A DNA stretch of 64,000 nucleotides from positions 16,492,001-16,556,000 of the forward strand of contig CM022667.1 in assembly GCA_012295275.1 (NCBI GenBank), written 5' to 3'. The notes below the pieces were generated by a model. That model saw nothing but the letters and a program-made list of their open reading frames with translations, ran no database searches and was not told the origin of the DNA. The position numbers were made by a program, and so were the translations under genes. Source of the DNA: Chrysomallon squamiferum (taxonomy: Eukaryota; Animalia; Mollusca). Positions 63,861-64,000 of the stretch are shown piece by piece (positions within the stretch are counted from its first letter, which is position 1; every line of letters starts with the position of its first letter).

Positions 63861-63962
63861 GTGAGTGGCTAACCCACCTATCTATACGTCTCTCTGTCTG
63901 TTACTTTTCTGTATGTATGTGTATGTATGTATGCATGTACGTATGTGTTTTTTATATGTATA

Positions 63963-63997
<35 letters not shown>

Positions 63998-64000
63998 ATA

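Overview
AT-rich metazoan genomic DNA, probably mollusc/lophotrochozoan (inferred from the 5S sequence and repeat content). Left two-thirds (~1.5-42.4 kb): a cluster of tRNA-Lys(TTT) genes (13 full-length, plus several split copies) interleaved with fossil and near-complete Tx1-clade non-LTR retrotransposons. Several junctions suggest these elements insert at one site in the tRNA D-arm. The cluster includes a 10-copy ~1.24-kb tandem array (tRNA plus a dead RT fragment) and a 3-copy ~2.7-kb tandem unit. That unit links a 5S rRNA gene to an intronless 100-aa NON-histone ORF carrying a TATA/initiator and a canonical histone-mRNA 3' stem-loop with a purine-rich downstream element; this is the most striking finding. 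Nested DNA transposons are present (a MULE with TIRs/TSD and pogo/Tigger-like MITEs). Right third: a 15-exon minus-strand FMN/cappuccino-type formin with an N-terminal DEP-like domain, a minimal FH1 and a ~990-aa single-exon disordered tail, followed by a regulatory region and possibly the start of a divergent gene. All calls are by eye; no searches were run.
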